DNA of 64,000 nucleotides from an uncultured Candidatus Melainabacteria bacterium (lineage in GTDB: Bacteria > Cyanobacteriota > Vampirovibrionia > Gastranaerophilales > Gastranaerophilaceae), in contig CAKUUC010000010.1 in NCBI GenBank assembly GCA_934692625.1, positions 5,337 to 69,336 of the forward strand. The letters run 5' to 3'. Every line of letters starts with the position of its first letter. The first letter of the stretch is position 1. The position numbers and the translations under genes were made by a program. Below, in pieces: positions 55,962 through 64,000 of this stretch. The notes under the pieces were generated by a model. The model worked only from the letters and a program-made list of their open reading frames with translations. It had not been told where the DNA came from and did no database searches.

Positions 55962-57581
55962 ATGGATAATAAAATTGTAATGCAGTTATCAAGACTGTTC
56001 AGGGCAAGATTTCCTTATGTTTACATTACAACATGGGAAGAAGAACGTGCAATAAATTTAATCAAGAAAATTGCGAGTTCACAAAATCTTATAAAAGTTA
56101 CTCGAGATGTATATATTTGGACACAAACAAAAGGTTTTACATTAAACGGTAACCTTATCGAAGGCACAACCAGTCCTGACAAAGCATTGGATTTTATCAG
56201 AAATTGCAATAAAAATGCTATTTTTATAATGTGTGATTTTCATGTTTATTTTGGTGTCAAAGGTCGACAGGTAGATTATAATGTCGTGAGAAAAATTCGT
56301 GACAGTATTTCTGATATTAAAACCAGTTCCTTCAGAAAGAATGTTATATTTATGGCTCCGGAACTAATTATTCCCGAAACAATGCAAAAAGAAGTTTCGA
56401 TTATTGATTTGCCATTGCCAACGCTTGACGAAATTAAAGCCAAATTAGAAAAAATGATTGCGCAAAATAGTCAAATTGATACGTCAGGACTTAACGAAGA
56501 AGTCAAAGAAAAACTTTGCAAAGCGGCATTGGGTTTGACATTGCAAGAGGCTGAAAATGCTTTTGCGCTAGCGATGGTAAATGATGGTTGTATTGATGAA
56601 AGAGATTTGAGTGTAATATTGGAACAAAAAATTCAGGTTATCAGAAAAACAGGAATTTTGGATTACATAAACACAAATATTCAGATTAGTGATGTTGGTG
56701 GACTTGAAAATTTGAAAAATTGGCTCAATAAAAGAAATAATTCTTGGTCTGAATCGGCTAAAAAATATTGTCTTCCGGCGCCGAAAGGTGTTCTGATTAC
56801 AGGGGTTCCTGGATGTGGTAAAAGTTTGACAGCAAAGGCAATGAGTGCTGCGTGGCAATTACCGTTGCTTAAACTCGATTTTGGTAAGATTTTCTCAGGA
56901 ATTGTTGGTAGTTCTGAGGAAAATATGCGAAAAGCAATCAAAACTGCAGAAGCGGTTTCCCCATCAATTCTTTGGGTCGATGAAATTGAAAAAAGTTTGA
57001 GCGGATTAAATTCAAACGGTGATAGTGGGACTTCTTCAAGAATTTTTGGAACATTTTTAACTTGGATGCAAGAAAAAACTGCACCGGTATTTGTAATTGC
57101 AACTGCGAATAATATCGAAGGTTTGCCGCCTGAACTCCTTAGAAAAGGGCGTTTTGATGAAATTTTCTTTGTTGATTTACCGACAAAAAAAGAACGTATT
57201 GAAATCTTTAAACTTCACCTTTCAAAACGTTTGAAAGATAAAGAAGTTGCAAGCAAACTGGAATTGAATGACGAATTGTTTGAAAAACTTGCAGATTTAA
57301 CAGAAGGTTTTGTGGGTGCAGAAATTGAACAGGCTGTTATAAGTGCGTTATATGAGGCATTTTTCCAAAAGAAACCGTTAGAATTTCAAGATTTGGAAAA
57401 TGTAATAAAAACAATTGTTCCACTTACAAAAACTCAAAAAGAAAAAATCCTACAATTAAGACAGTGGGCAAATATTCGTGCAGTTACGGCAACAAAACGA
57501 GATGATATGGAACAGTACAATCTCGGCGATGATAACAAAGATATAAACAGCTCTCGAGGTGGCAGAGCGCTAGATGTATAA
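55962..57581 (+). CDS. AAA+ ATPase, Ycf46-like architecture
   Basis: N-terminal roughly 250-aa non-ATPase domain (FPYVYITTWEEERA, IFIMCDFHVYF, IIDLPLPTLDEI) plus one AAA module (GVPGCGKS, ILWVDEIEK, ATANNIEGLPPELLRKGRFDE). Confidence 0.85.
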   Translation: MDNKIVMQLSRLFRARFPYVYITTWEEERAINLIKKIASSQNLIKVTRDVYIWTQTKGFTLNGNLIEGTTSPDKALDFIRNCNKNAIFIMCDFHVYFGVKGRQVDYNVVRKIRDSISDIKTSSFRKNVIFMAPELIIPETMQKEVSIIDLPLPTLDEIKAKLEKMIAQNSQIDTSGLNEEVKEKLCKAALGLTLQEAENAFALAMVNDGCIDERDLSVILEQKIQVIRKTGILDYINTNIQISDVGGLENLKNWLNKRNNSWSESAKKYCLPAPKGVLITGVPGCGKSLTAKAMSAAWQLPLLKLDFGKIFSGIVGSSEENMRKAIKTAEAVSPSILWVDEIEKSLSGLNSNGDSGTSSRIFGTFLTWMQEKTAPVFVIATANNIEGLPPELLRKGRFDEIFFVDLPTKKERIEIFKLHLSKRLKDKEVASKLELNDELFEKLADLTEGFVGAEIEQAVISALYEAFFQKKPLEFQDLENVIKTIVPLTKTQKEKILQLRQWANIRAVTATKRDDMEQYNLGDDNKDINSSRGGRALDV

Positions 57582-57596
57582 GAAAGGTAAAATTCA

Positions 57597-58856
57597 ATGT
57601 CAATAACACTGATGGCATATCCTATGGCATTTTTGATAGCACCGGAAAAGGCTCCAAAAGAACACCTTAGAGAAAAAAAAGGCTCCTGCAATAATAATTC
57701 AAAGTTGGCAATGAAAAATCTTAAATTTATAAGAGTTTTGTCTAATATTACTTTTAATGAATTTAGAATTATTGTATCAAGACTTGATGTAAAACCATTA
57801 CATGACAATTGTTTGTATGAGATTAATACAGGGTTAGAAATTGAACCGCTTGTTGAAGGTAAGTTTGTAACATTCAAGCTTTCTGGAACTGCGAATGCTC
57901 ATTCTTTACAAACATCTTCTGAAAATTTTTTTAAAGAATTAGATGCCATAACAGGTAGAAATGTTCGTCTGCTCGGTGGACAGGAAATTTTTTATTATAA
58001 CTATACGACTGATTATCAAAAAGCGTCTGATATTTACAAGAGTTTAAAAGACGGGAATGCAAGTCAAATTTTCACGACTGAGAATGACGAAATTGTTGCA
58101 AATTTGAATAATCAGAGCGTAAAATATTACAAAAATGAATTTAGTCCATTTTATTTTTTGGAAGTTGAACAAAAAATTAGTATTATGAATATCGGAATGG
58201 ACGATGCTTCTGGGCAGTATGCAACTTACGGACTTACCAATTTAAAAATTCAAACCAATATTAAAGTTGCAGAATTGAAAAAACTTTTGCTCAAAGCAGG
58301 TTATGATTTATATTTGGCAAACGGGCAAACTCCGCTAAAAAATAATTATGTAACATTGAATTGGGTTGACCAAGATGGGTATTATGTTGCAGAGTTTTCC
58401 GGACAAAATAATAATGCTATAACTCGAGAAGCAGAAGAAATTTTTAGAAAATTGAATATTGCTGCAGGTAGGGATTTGCGTTCGATAAACGACACAACGA
58501 CAACTATTTATACATACAATACCAATTATACTGATAAAGGTGTTCTGTTAAATACTCTATATGAACACGGGGCAGAAGAAATGGTTGAAGAAGGCGAAAC
58601 TATCACTTGTAAATTGTTTGGTATGGAAATGAAGTATTATAAACAAGATTCAGGCGCTTATGCTCTTGATATAACACAAATTTCTGATACTACACAGTGC
58701 GAAGGAGTTTTGAATGATTTGAATCAAGAATATGGAATGAACTTGCAAGAAATAACTTATAACAAAATTAAAGAACGTTTAGAACAAGAAAATTTGCACC
58801 TTGAAAGTGAAACTGTACTTGATGATAATTCGATAGTTTTGACGATTGAGATTTAA
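57597..58856 (+). CDS. Uncharacterised protein made of two tandem roughly 150-aa repeats (possibly DUF1257/Ycf35-related)
   Basis: Residues 41-192 align with 215-361 (FKLSG/AEFSG, ENFFKELDAITGRNVR/EEIFRKLNIAAGRDLR, VKYYKNEFSPFYFLEVEQ/MKYYKQDSGAYALDITQ). GAAAGG RBS. Confidence 0.6.
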   Translation: MSITLMAYPMAFLIAPEKAPKEHLREKKGSCNNNSKLAMKNLKFIRVLSNITFNEFRIIVSRLDVKPLHDNCLYEINTGLEIEPLVEGKFVTFKLSGTANAHSLQTSSENFFKELDAITGRNVRLLGGQEIFYYNYTTDYQKASDIYKSLKDGNASQIFTTENDEIVANLNNQSVKYYKNEFSPFYFLEVEQKISIMNIGMDDASGQYATYGLTNLKIQTNIKVAELKKLLLKAGYDLYLANGQTPLKNNYVTLNWVDQDGYYVAEFSGQNNNAITREAEEIFRKLNIAAGRDLRSINDTTTTIYTYNTNYTDKGVLLNTLYEHGAEEMVEEGETITCKLFGMEMKYYKQDSGAYALDITQISDTTQCEGVLNDLNQEYGMNLQEITYNKIKERLEQENLHLESETVLDDNSIVLTIEI

Positions 58857-58866
58857 GAGGATTTGA

Positions 58867-59076
58867 ATGGGCAAGATTAAAATAAAATTACTTCCTGATG
58901 GAACGATACAAATGGATACAGAAGGCATTAAAGGTGCAAAATGCGCAGATTATGCCAAAGTTTTTCAGCGCTTGACTGATGCAAAGATTTACCAACTGAA
59001 AAAAACAGAAGAGTACTACCAACAAGAAATTCTTGAGGCAGAAGAAACAGAAGAGTTGAAAAATACAGAGTATTAA
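58867..59076 (+). CDS. DUF2997-like small protein
   Basis: 69 aa. MGKIKIKLLPDGTIQMDTEGIKGAKCADYAKVFQ...TEEYY matches my memory of the DUF2997 consensus. GAGGA RBS. Confidence 0.6.
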   Translation: MGKIKIKLLPDGTIQMDTEGIKGAKCADYAKVFQRLTDAKIYQLKKTEEYYQQEILEAEETEELKNTEY

Positions 59077-59170
59077 GGTTTTCTAATACTTTTCATTTCA
59101 TTGATAATATCTGTGATTTATAGTAAACTCTTATTATAAACATAAAATTTACGCAGAAAGGCTGGAATAT

Positions 59171-59737
59171 ATGGCGATAAGAAAAGTTTTAAGATATGGT
59201 GAACCTTCATTAAGAGAACCATCAAAAGAAGTTCATAAAGTTTCTAAAAAAATCTCTGATTTGGTTAGAGATTTGCTAGATACAATGTATGCTCAAAATG
59301 GTGTTGGGCTTGCTGCGCCACAAATTGGTGAAAATTTGAGAGTATTCGTAATTGATGTTGCAACCGGCAATGAACCTCTTAATCCTATTGTATTTATTAA
59401 TCCTAAAATTATTAAAAAAAGTGGAGCAATAAAAAGCAATGAGGGTTGTTTGAGTTTTCCGGAAGCGTATACAGATGTTAAACGTTATAAAAATATTATG
59501 GTCAAAGCGACAAATGAACACGGAAAGCCATTTGTTATGGAAGCAAAAGATGGTACATTGTTGGCTCGTGCAATACAACACGAAAACGATCACTTGGACG
59601 GAATTTTGTTTATTGACCATTGTATAAATAGATTTGAAACAGAAGAAATCTTAAAAAAATACAATCTGCCGGATATTGACCTCGACAGATTGATTGACGA
59701 AAAAGACTTAGAGGAAGAATTGAATAAAAATGATTAA
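59171..59737 (+). CDS. def: Peptide deformylase
   Basis: GVGLAAPQIG, EGCLSFP and QHENDHLDG. Confidence 0.95.
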   Translation: MAIRKVLRYGEPSLREPSKEVHKVSKKISDLVRDLLDTMYAQNGVGLAAPQIGENLRVFVIDVATGNEPLNPIVFINPKIIKKSGAIKSNEGCLSFPEAYTDVKRYKNIMVKATNEHGKPFVMEAKDGTLLARAIQHENDHLDGILFIDHCINRFETEEILKKYNLPDIDLDRLIDEKDLEEELNKND

Positions 59738-60641
59738 AATTGTATTTTTCGGAACTCCTGATATTGGGTTAAAATCTTTGGAATACTTGTATAATTCAAA
59801 CAAAATAGATGTGTTGGCGGTCGTGACACAACCTGACAAACCTGCAGGTAGAGGTCATAAGTTGCAAATGTCACCAATCAAAAAGTTTGCAGTAGAACAC
59901 AATTTGCCGGTGTTTCAACCAAAATCAATAAGAAAAGAACCTGAAATTCAAGAAGAGTTGAGAAAATTACAACCTGATTTTTTTGTCACATTTGCTTTTG
60001 GACAAATCTTATCTCAAGAAGTTTTGGATATCCCGAAATATGAAACGATAAATTTACACGCTTCTCTTCTTCCAAAATATAGAGGCGCTAACCCTATTCA
60101 AAGAGCAATTATTAATGGTGACAAAGAAACAGGCATCTGCACAATGATAACAGAATTAGGACTTGATTGCGGTGATATTTGTCAAAAACTTGTTATTCCG
60201 ATTTCTGCAACAATGAATTGTGAAGAGTTGTGGAATGAAATTGCAGAAAAATCCCCTAAAATGATTGAAGAAACATTGATATGGTTGAAAAATAAGACTC
60301 TTATACCTGTCAAACAGTGTGAAGATGGTGTTTGTATGGCGAACAAATTAAAGAAAGAAGAATGTTTGATTGACTGGTCAAATAGTAATACAGATATTCA
60401 TAATTTGGTGAGAGGAATTTGTCGCTGTCCGAGTGCATATTTTATGTTTAATGACAAAATTATTAAAGTGCTGGAAACTGAACCTGTTGATGGTTCTGGA
60501 GAAGAAGGAAAAATTGTAAATTCTGATAAAACGGGGATTTTTGTTGGTTGTGGAAGCGGACTTTTGAAAATTATCAAAGTAAAACCTGAAGGAAAAGGTG
60601 AAATGCTTGCCAGAGATTGGTATAATGGAGTTAAAAAATAA
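59730..60641 (+). CDS. fmt: Methionyl-tRNA formyltransferase
   Basis: IVFFGTPD, NLHASLLPKYRGANPIQ. Overlaps the def stop. Confidence 0.95.
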   Translation: MIKIVFFGTPDIGLKSLEYLYNSNKIDVLAVVTQPDKPAGRGHKLQMSPIKKFAVEHNLPVFQPKSIRKEPEIQEELRKLQPDFFVTFAFGQILSQEVLDIPKYETINLHASLLPKYRGANPIQRAIINGDKETGICTMITELGLDCGDICQKLVIPISATMNCEELWNEIAEKSPKMIEETLIWLKNKTLIPVKQCEDGVCMANKLKKEECLIDWSNSNTDIHNLVRGICRCPSAYFMFNDKIIKVLETEPVDGSGEEGKIVNSDKTGIFVGCGSGLLKIIKVKPEGKGEMLARDWYNGVKK

Positions 60642-60994
60642 TGATAACAAAGGGTATTCGTGGAGCGATAACTGTCGAGAACAATACTAAAGAAGCATTA
60701 GAAAACGCAACTTTAGAATTGTTGTGTGAAATGTTTGAAAAAAACGGACTTGAAGGAACTTCAAAGATTTCGCATGTGATATTTACAACAACGAAAGACT
60801 TAGATGCTGCGTTCCCTGCTATGTTTCCTCGATTGGCATTTGGTTGGAAAGATGTTGCGATGATGTGTTTTCACGAACTTGATGTCCCGAATTCACTAAA
60901 GATGTGTTTGCGAATTTTGCTTGTAGTAAATTGTGATGAAGACTTTAAACCTCAATTTGTTTACCTCAAAGGTGCAAAAGATTTAAGAAAATAA
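60641..60994 (+). CDS. aroH: Chorismate mutase, AroH type
   Basis: IRGAITVENNTKE...FTTTKDLDAAFPA...GW. TAATG overlap with fmt. Confidence 0.9.
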   Translation: MITKGIRGAITVENNTKEALENATLELLCEMFEKNGLEGTSKISHVIFTTTKDLDAAFPAMFPRLAFGWKDVAMMCFHELDVPNSLKMCLRILLVVNCDEDFKPQFVYLKGAKDLRK

Positions 60995-61026
60995 TTTTAA
61001 CGAACAAAGATAGCAGCAAGTTGTCC

Positions 61027-61191
61027 AGATTCTGAATAAGATAAAATCTACGCAATTAGAATTGCTTGATTTTTAATCTTTTCAGAATGACGTCCAATCA
61101 GTCATTCCGGCCTCCGAGCCGGAATCTGTTTCTTATGCTGATGTTTAATGGTATAATGTTACGTGTCAGGCGGTGCCGTGACCTACATTTT
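61027..61191 (+). repeat. Dispersed structured repeat, copy 2
   Basis: See copy 1. Here the central hairpin is ATTCCGGC-CTCCGA-GCCGGAAT (61104-61125). Confidence 0.6.
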
Positions 61192-61546
61192 ATAATTTTG
61201 CTATCGAATTTTGCATAAAAAAAACAGACAAGTCGCCCTGTCCGCTTATTTCATTTCTGAAACAAAAAAGGATTCACATTAACCTAAAATTTTTTAAACC
61301 CGTAAACCCTGTTTATTATTAAAAACAAAAGGAGTATCTATTTTCAAGTCGTTGATTGTTTTGGCAATCTCGTTTCTTATAATTTCATAATACTATAAAG
61401 TATATATTTTTTCTAACATTTTTATATACTCTTTCAAAAGATTTACAATTATTTTAGGTATAATTGTGAAAAGCGTTAGTAGGCAAAGGTTTTGAATAGA
61501 ATCTTATCTTATAAAAAAATTTACATAATATTTTTTCAAGAACTAT

Positions 61547-61592
61547 AAAAAACACTTGCCATAACCTAAAAGGGTAACAGACAAGTGTTTTT
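61547..61592. terminator. Terminator hairpin downstream of the TPR gene
   Basis: AAAAAACACTTG / CAAGTGTTTTT stem with a 23-nt loop. Confidence 0.65.
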
Positions 61593-61636
61593 GAACGATT
61601 TTTATTCGAAATATTTATAAATATTAATCACAAAAA

Positions 61637-63409
61637 TTAAGATAATCTTCGGATAATTTCGTGCGCTTCTTCGCACTCTTCAAAGGTTTCGGTAATTTTT
61701 TCGGCGTATTTTAGTGCTTCGTCATTATTGCCAAGTTTTTCATTACATTTTGCCAAATTTAACAAAATATTGATATTCATTGGTGCTTTTTCAAGCATAC
61801 TTTCAAATATTGATTTTGCTTGTTCATAGTTGCCCAATTCGTAATAGCACAAGCCTAGCAGATTTTGCGCATCAGGCAATTTTTCTAACTCATAAGCCTT
61901 AACCAAGTATGTTTTAGCCTGTTCGTAATCTCCTATCAAATGATAAATTCGTCCAGCAATGAATAGTAAAAATGCAGATTCTGAACATTTTGGCAAGACT
62001 GCATCAATTTGTTGTTTTGCTTGTTCATACTGTTTTAAGTGTGTTTTATTCAATGCTGAAAAAGCAAGAGCCGTTGGTATTTCTGGGTCAATTTCGATTG
62101 CTTTTTGATACATTTTGTCCGCTAGTTCGAATTGTGAGGTTGAATGCAAATAATTTGCGTATTCGACAACAATTGAATAATTATCAGGTTCTAGTGAATA
62201 AGCTTTTTCAAACTCTTCTTTTGCATAATCAAACAATCTTTTGTTCAAATAAATTACACCCAAATCCTTGTGTGCTGCTGCATATTCAGGGTTTAGTCCG
62301 CAAACTTTTTTCAAAATTTGTTCTGCTCTATCTGTGTCAGAAGATTTTTGGCAAAGAACCGCAAGTTCATAATATGTTTCAAAAGAAACAGTGCCTTGCT
62401 TTATTATTCGTTCATAAACTTCTTTTGCATTGCCATATTGACCTGTTTGGATATAAATCCCTGCAAGTTTTTTCAAGATATTTGTTGCTTTTGGTGTTAA
62501 CATAATCAACTGTTTGAGCAATTCAATCGCAATTTCAAATTCTCCAAGAACTTGATAGCAACACGCTAAATTATATTTATAACTAGGCTTTTGCGGATAT
62601 GTTGCTGATAAATATTTGTAATGTTCAATTGCTTCTTTGAACTTTCCTGCTTTAACTTCTGATAAAGCCCAAGCCGTTATATAACTGTCTTCATCAGGTT
62701 CGCATTCGTGCGCTTTGGCAAAATATTCACACGCTTCTTTATGTTTATTTTTCAATTGCAAAATTGTTGCCATATTGAAATATGTTAAACCGTCTGTTTC
62801 GTCTAGTTTTGACGCTTTTTCATAAGTTTCGTAGGCTTTGTCCAAATTTCCGATTGTCAAATAACAAGTTCCTAAATTGTTATACAATTGAAAATTATCC
62901 GGATTCATTGAAATTGCTTTTTCAATATATTCAACGCTTTCTTCAAATCTTTTTGCAGCCATACAAGCGGTACCAAGAATATAATAAATCGAATAATCTT
63001 CGGTATTTACCAATTCCAATGCTTTTTTGCCTGTTTCGATTGCTTTGTCGTATTCTTCTAATTTAATATAAATAATAGTCAAGCTTTTGTAGGCATCAAT
63101 ATATTCTGGTCGAAGTTCCAAAACTTGTTTGTAAGCGTGTTTTGCTGCAATCAAGTCGGATAAATTATCATAACAACACCCTAAATAGTACCAACATAGC
63201 GCATCATCAGGACGATATTTTACAACATCTTCCAATATAGAACGTGCAGAATCATATTGTTCCATATTCACGTCGCACAAGGCAAGTAGGCGCTGTGCAT
63301 CATAATCTTTTGGGTCATTTTTAACTATTTCCGACAATTCAGATTTTGCCTTGTCGAATTCTCCTGAGTCAATCAACTCATATAATCTATCAATTTCTTT
63401 ATCTTCCAT
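61637..63409 (-). CDS. Tetratricopeptide repeat protein (590 aa)
   Basis: About 15 consecutive TPR units (A..Y..AL.L.P). GAGGTG RBS. Confidence 0.85.
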   Translation of the reverse strand: MEDKEIDRLYELIDSGEFDKAKSELSEIVKNDPKDYDAQRLLALCDVNMEQYDSARSILEDVVKYRPDDALCWYYLGCCYDNLSDLIAAKHAYKQVLELRPEYIDAYKSLTIIYIKLEEYDKAIETGKKALELVNTEDYSIYYILGTACMAAKRFEESVEYIEKAISMNPDNFQLYNNLGTCYLTIGNLDKAYETYEKASKLDETDGLTYFNMATILQLKNKHKEACEYFAKAHECEPDEDSYITAWALSEVKAGKFKEAIEHYKYLSATYPQKPSYKYNLACCYQVLGEFEIAIELLKQLIMLTPKATNILKKLAGIYIQTGQYGNAKEVYERIIKQGTVSFETYYELAVLCQKSSDTDRAEQILKKVCGLNPEYAAAHKDLGVIYLNKRLFDYAKEEFEKAYSLEPDNYSIVVEYANYLHSTSQFELADKMYQKAIEIDPEIPTALAFSALNKTHLKQYEQAKQQIDAVLPKCSESAFLLFIAGRIYHLIGDYEQAKTYLVKAYELEKLPDAQNLLGLCYYELGNYEQAKSIFESMLEKAPMNINILLNLAKCNEKLGNNDEALKYAEKITETFEECEEAHEIIRRLS

Positions 63410-63447
63410 AACACCTCAATTATATCACAAATTTGTCTTATAGCACG

Positions 63448-64000
63448 CTATTTTGTACATTTTGCTATTTTTATTGTCATTGCTTTTTTTACCAATTTAT
63501 TTAGTATTTCTTGTGGTAAATGCGACAAAATGCCTGCAATCACAGAATCTTTTCCAATTAAATATGAAGGTTTGACTTTCTTTTTCAGTGCAATTTCTTT
63601 GATTTTTTGTGCTGCAACAGTGACATTTAAACCTTTATTAGTATTTTTAAGTGCATTATTTTTCAAAAATTCTAATTCTTTTTCATATTCTTTATTATTT
63701 TCTAGTGTTTCAGTATTGCTTTTTACAGATTTTTCCCAGATTGGAGTTGAAATTACTCCTGGTTTTACGGAAACGATTTCAAGTTTTTTGTGAGTTTCTA
63801 GTGATAATGCATTGAAAAATATATCTAGGCTTCTTTTAGAGGCACAGTAAGGGCTGATAAACGGAAAATGTCCAAAACTTGACATTGAACTTATATTTAT
63901 AATTCTTGTATTGTCTAGTATTGGTAATAATTCTTGTGTAAATTTGATATGTGCAAAAGTGTTCACTTGAAACTGTTTGCGCAGTTTATCTATATCTAAA
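63448..64000 (-). CDS. Short-chain dehydrogenase/reductase, 5' end beyond the window
   Basis: IINISSMSS...YCASK (Ser and YxxxK catalytic residues). The reading frame stays open from 63966 to base 64000. Confidence 0.8.
   Translation of the reverse strand, partial: LDIDKLRKQFQVNTFAHIKFTQELLPILDNTRIINISSMSSFGHFPFISPYCASKRSLDIFFNALSLETHKKLEIVSVKPGVISTPIWEKSVKSNTETLENNKEYEKELEFLKNNALKNTNKGLNVTVAAQKIKEIALKKKVKPSYLIGKDSVIAGILSHLPQEILNKLVKKAMTIKIAKCTK

Noticed and set aside
1-64000. CRISPR arrays, rRNA genes, IS transposases
   Set aside because: I found no regularly spaced direct repeats of 25-40 nt, no rRNA-like conserved blocks, and no DDE/IS200-type transposase ORFs on either strand.

Overview
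AT-rich (roughly one-third G+C by eye) bacterial chromosomal segment with about 60 genes. LEFT (1-20.5 kb): a surface-glycan locus with ugd, three paralogous GT2 modules (one inside a 1000-aa GT2-GT8-radical-SAM fusion) and an MsbA-like ABC exporter. It is followed by ogt, a PAS histidine kinase, a CsoR repressor paired with a secreted Cys-rich protein behind a readable promoter/operator, a collapsed two-component-system remnant, a sugar porter, a GH57 enzyme, a Na+/alanine symporter and an ACT protein. CENTRE (20.9-37.2 kb): tRNA-Gly(CCC) carries a 16.2-kb integrated island bounded by a perfect 42-nt direct repeat (20938-20979 / 37149-37190). The island holds a short tyrosine integrase, an XRE regulator, an orphan HTH protein, a Schlafen/AlbA_2-type protein, a tandem-repeat secreted protein and a five-gene operon. 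That operon runs SNF2 helicase, DUF4391-like, RloC/PrrC-like zinc-hook ATPase, Type III-like Mod, Type III-like Res. This composite defence operon is my best candidate for an undescribed system. RIGHT (37.4-64 kb): housekeeping genes (SNF2 helicase, gpmI, histidine kinase, kdsC-like, lysC, GT9 heptosyltransferase, dapF, rpsF-ssb-rpsR, rnhB, aroA, comEA-like, def, fmt, aroH, TPR proteins, SDR). Embedded there is a second uncharacterised module: nrdG-like activase, Ycf46-like AAA+ ATPase, a 419-aa internally duplicated protein and a DUF2997-like 69-aa protein. Other non-genic signals: two copies of a structured dispersed repeat with a compensatory hairpin swap (6711-6931, 61027-61191), a GC-rich roughly 125-nt segment between attR and a strong terminator, and a near-identical 20-mer upstream of lineage-specific orphan genes. 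No CRISPR array, rRNA or IS transposase was seen. LPS-type genes suggest a diderm, and the Ycf46-like module hints at a cyanobacteria-related non-photosynthetic lineage, but that taxonomic guess is speculative. All family assignments are motif readings by eye, not database searches.
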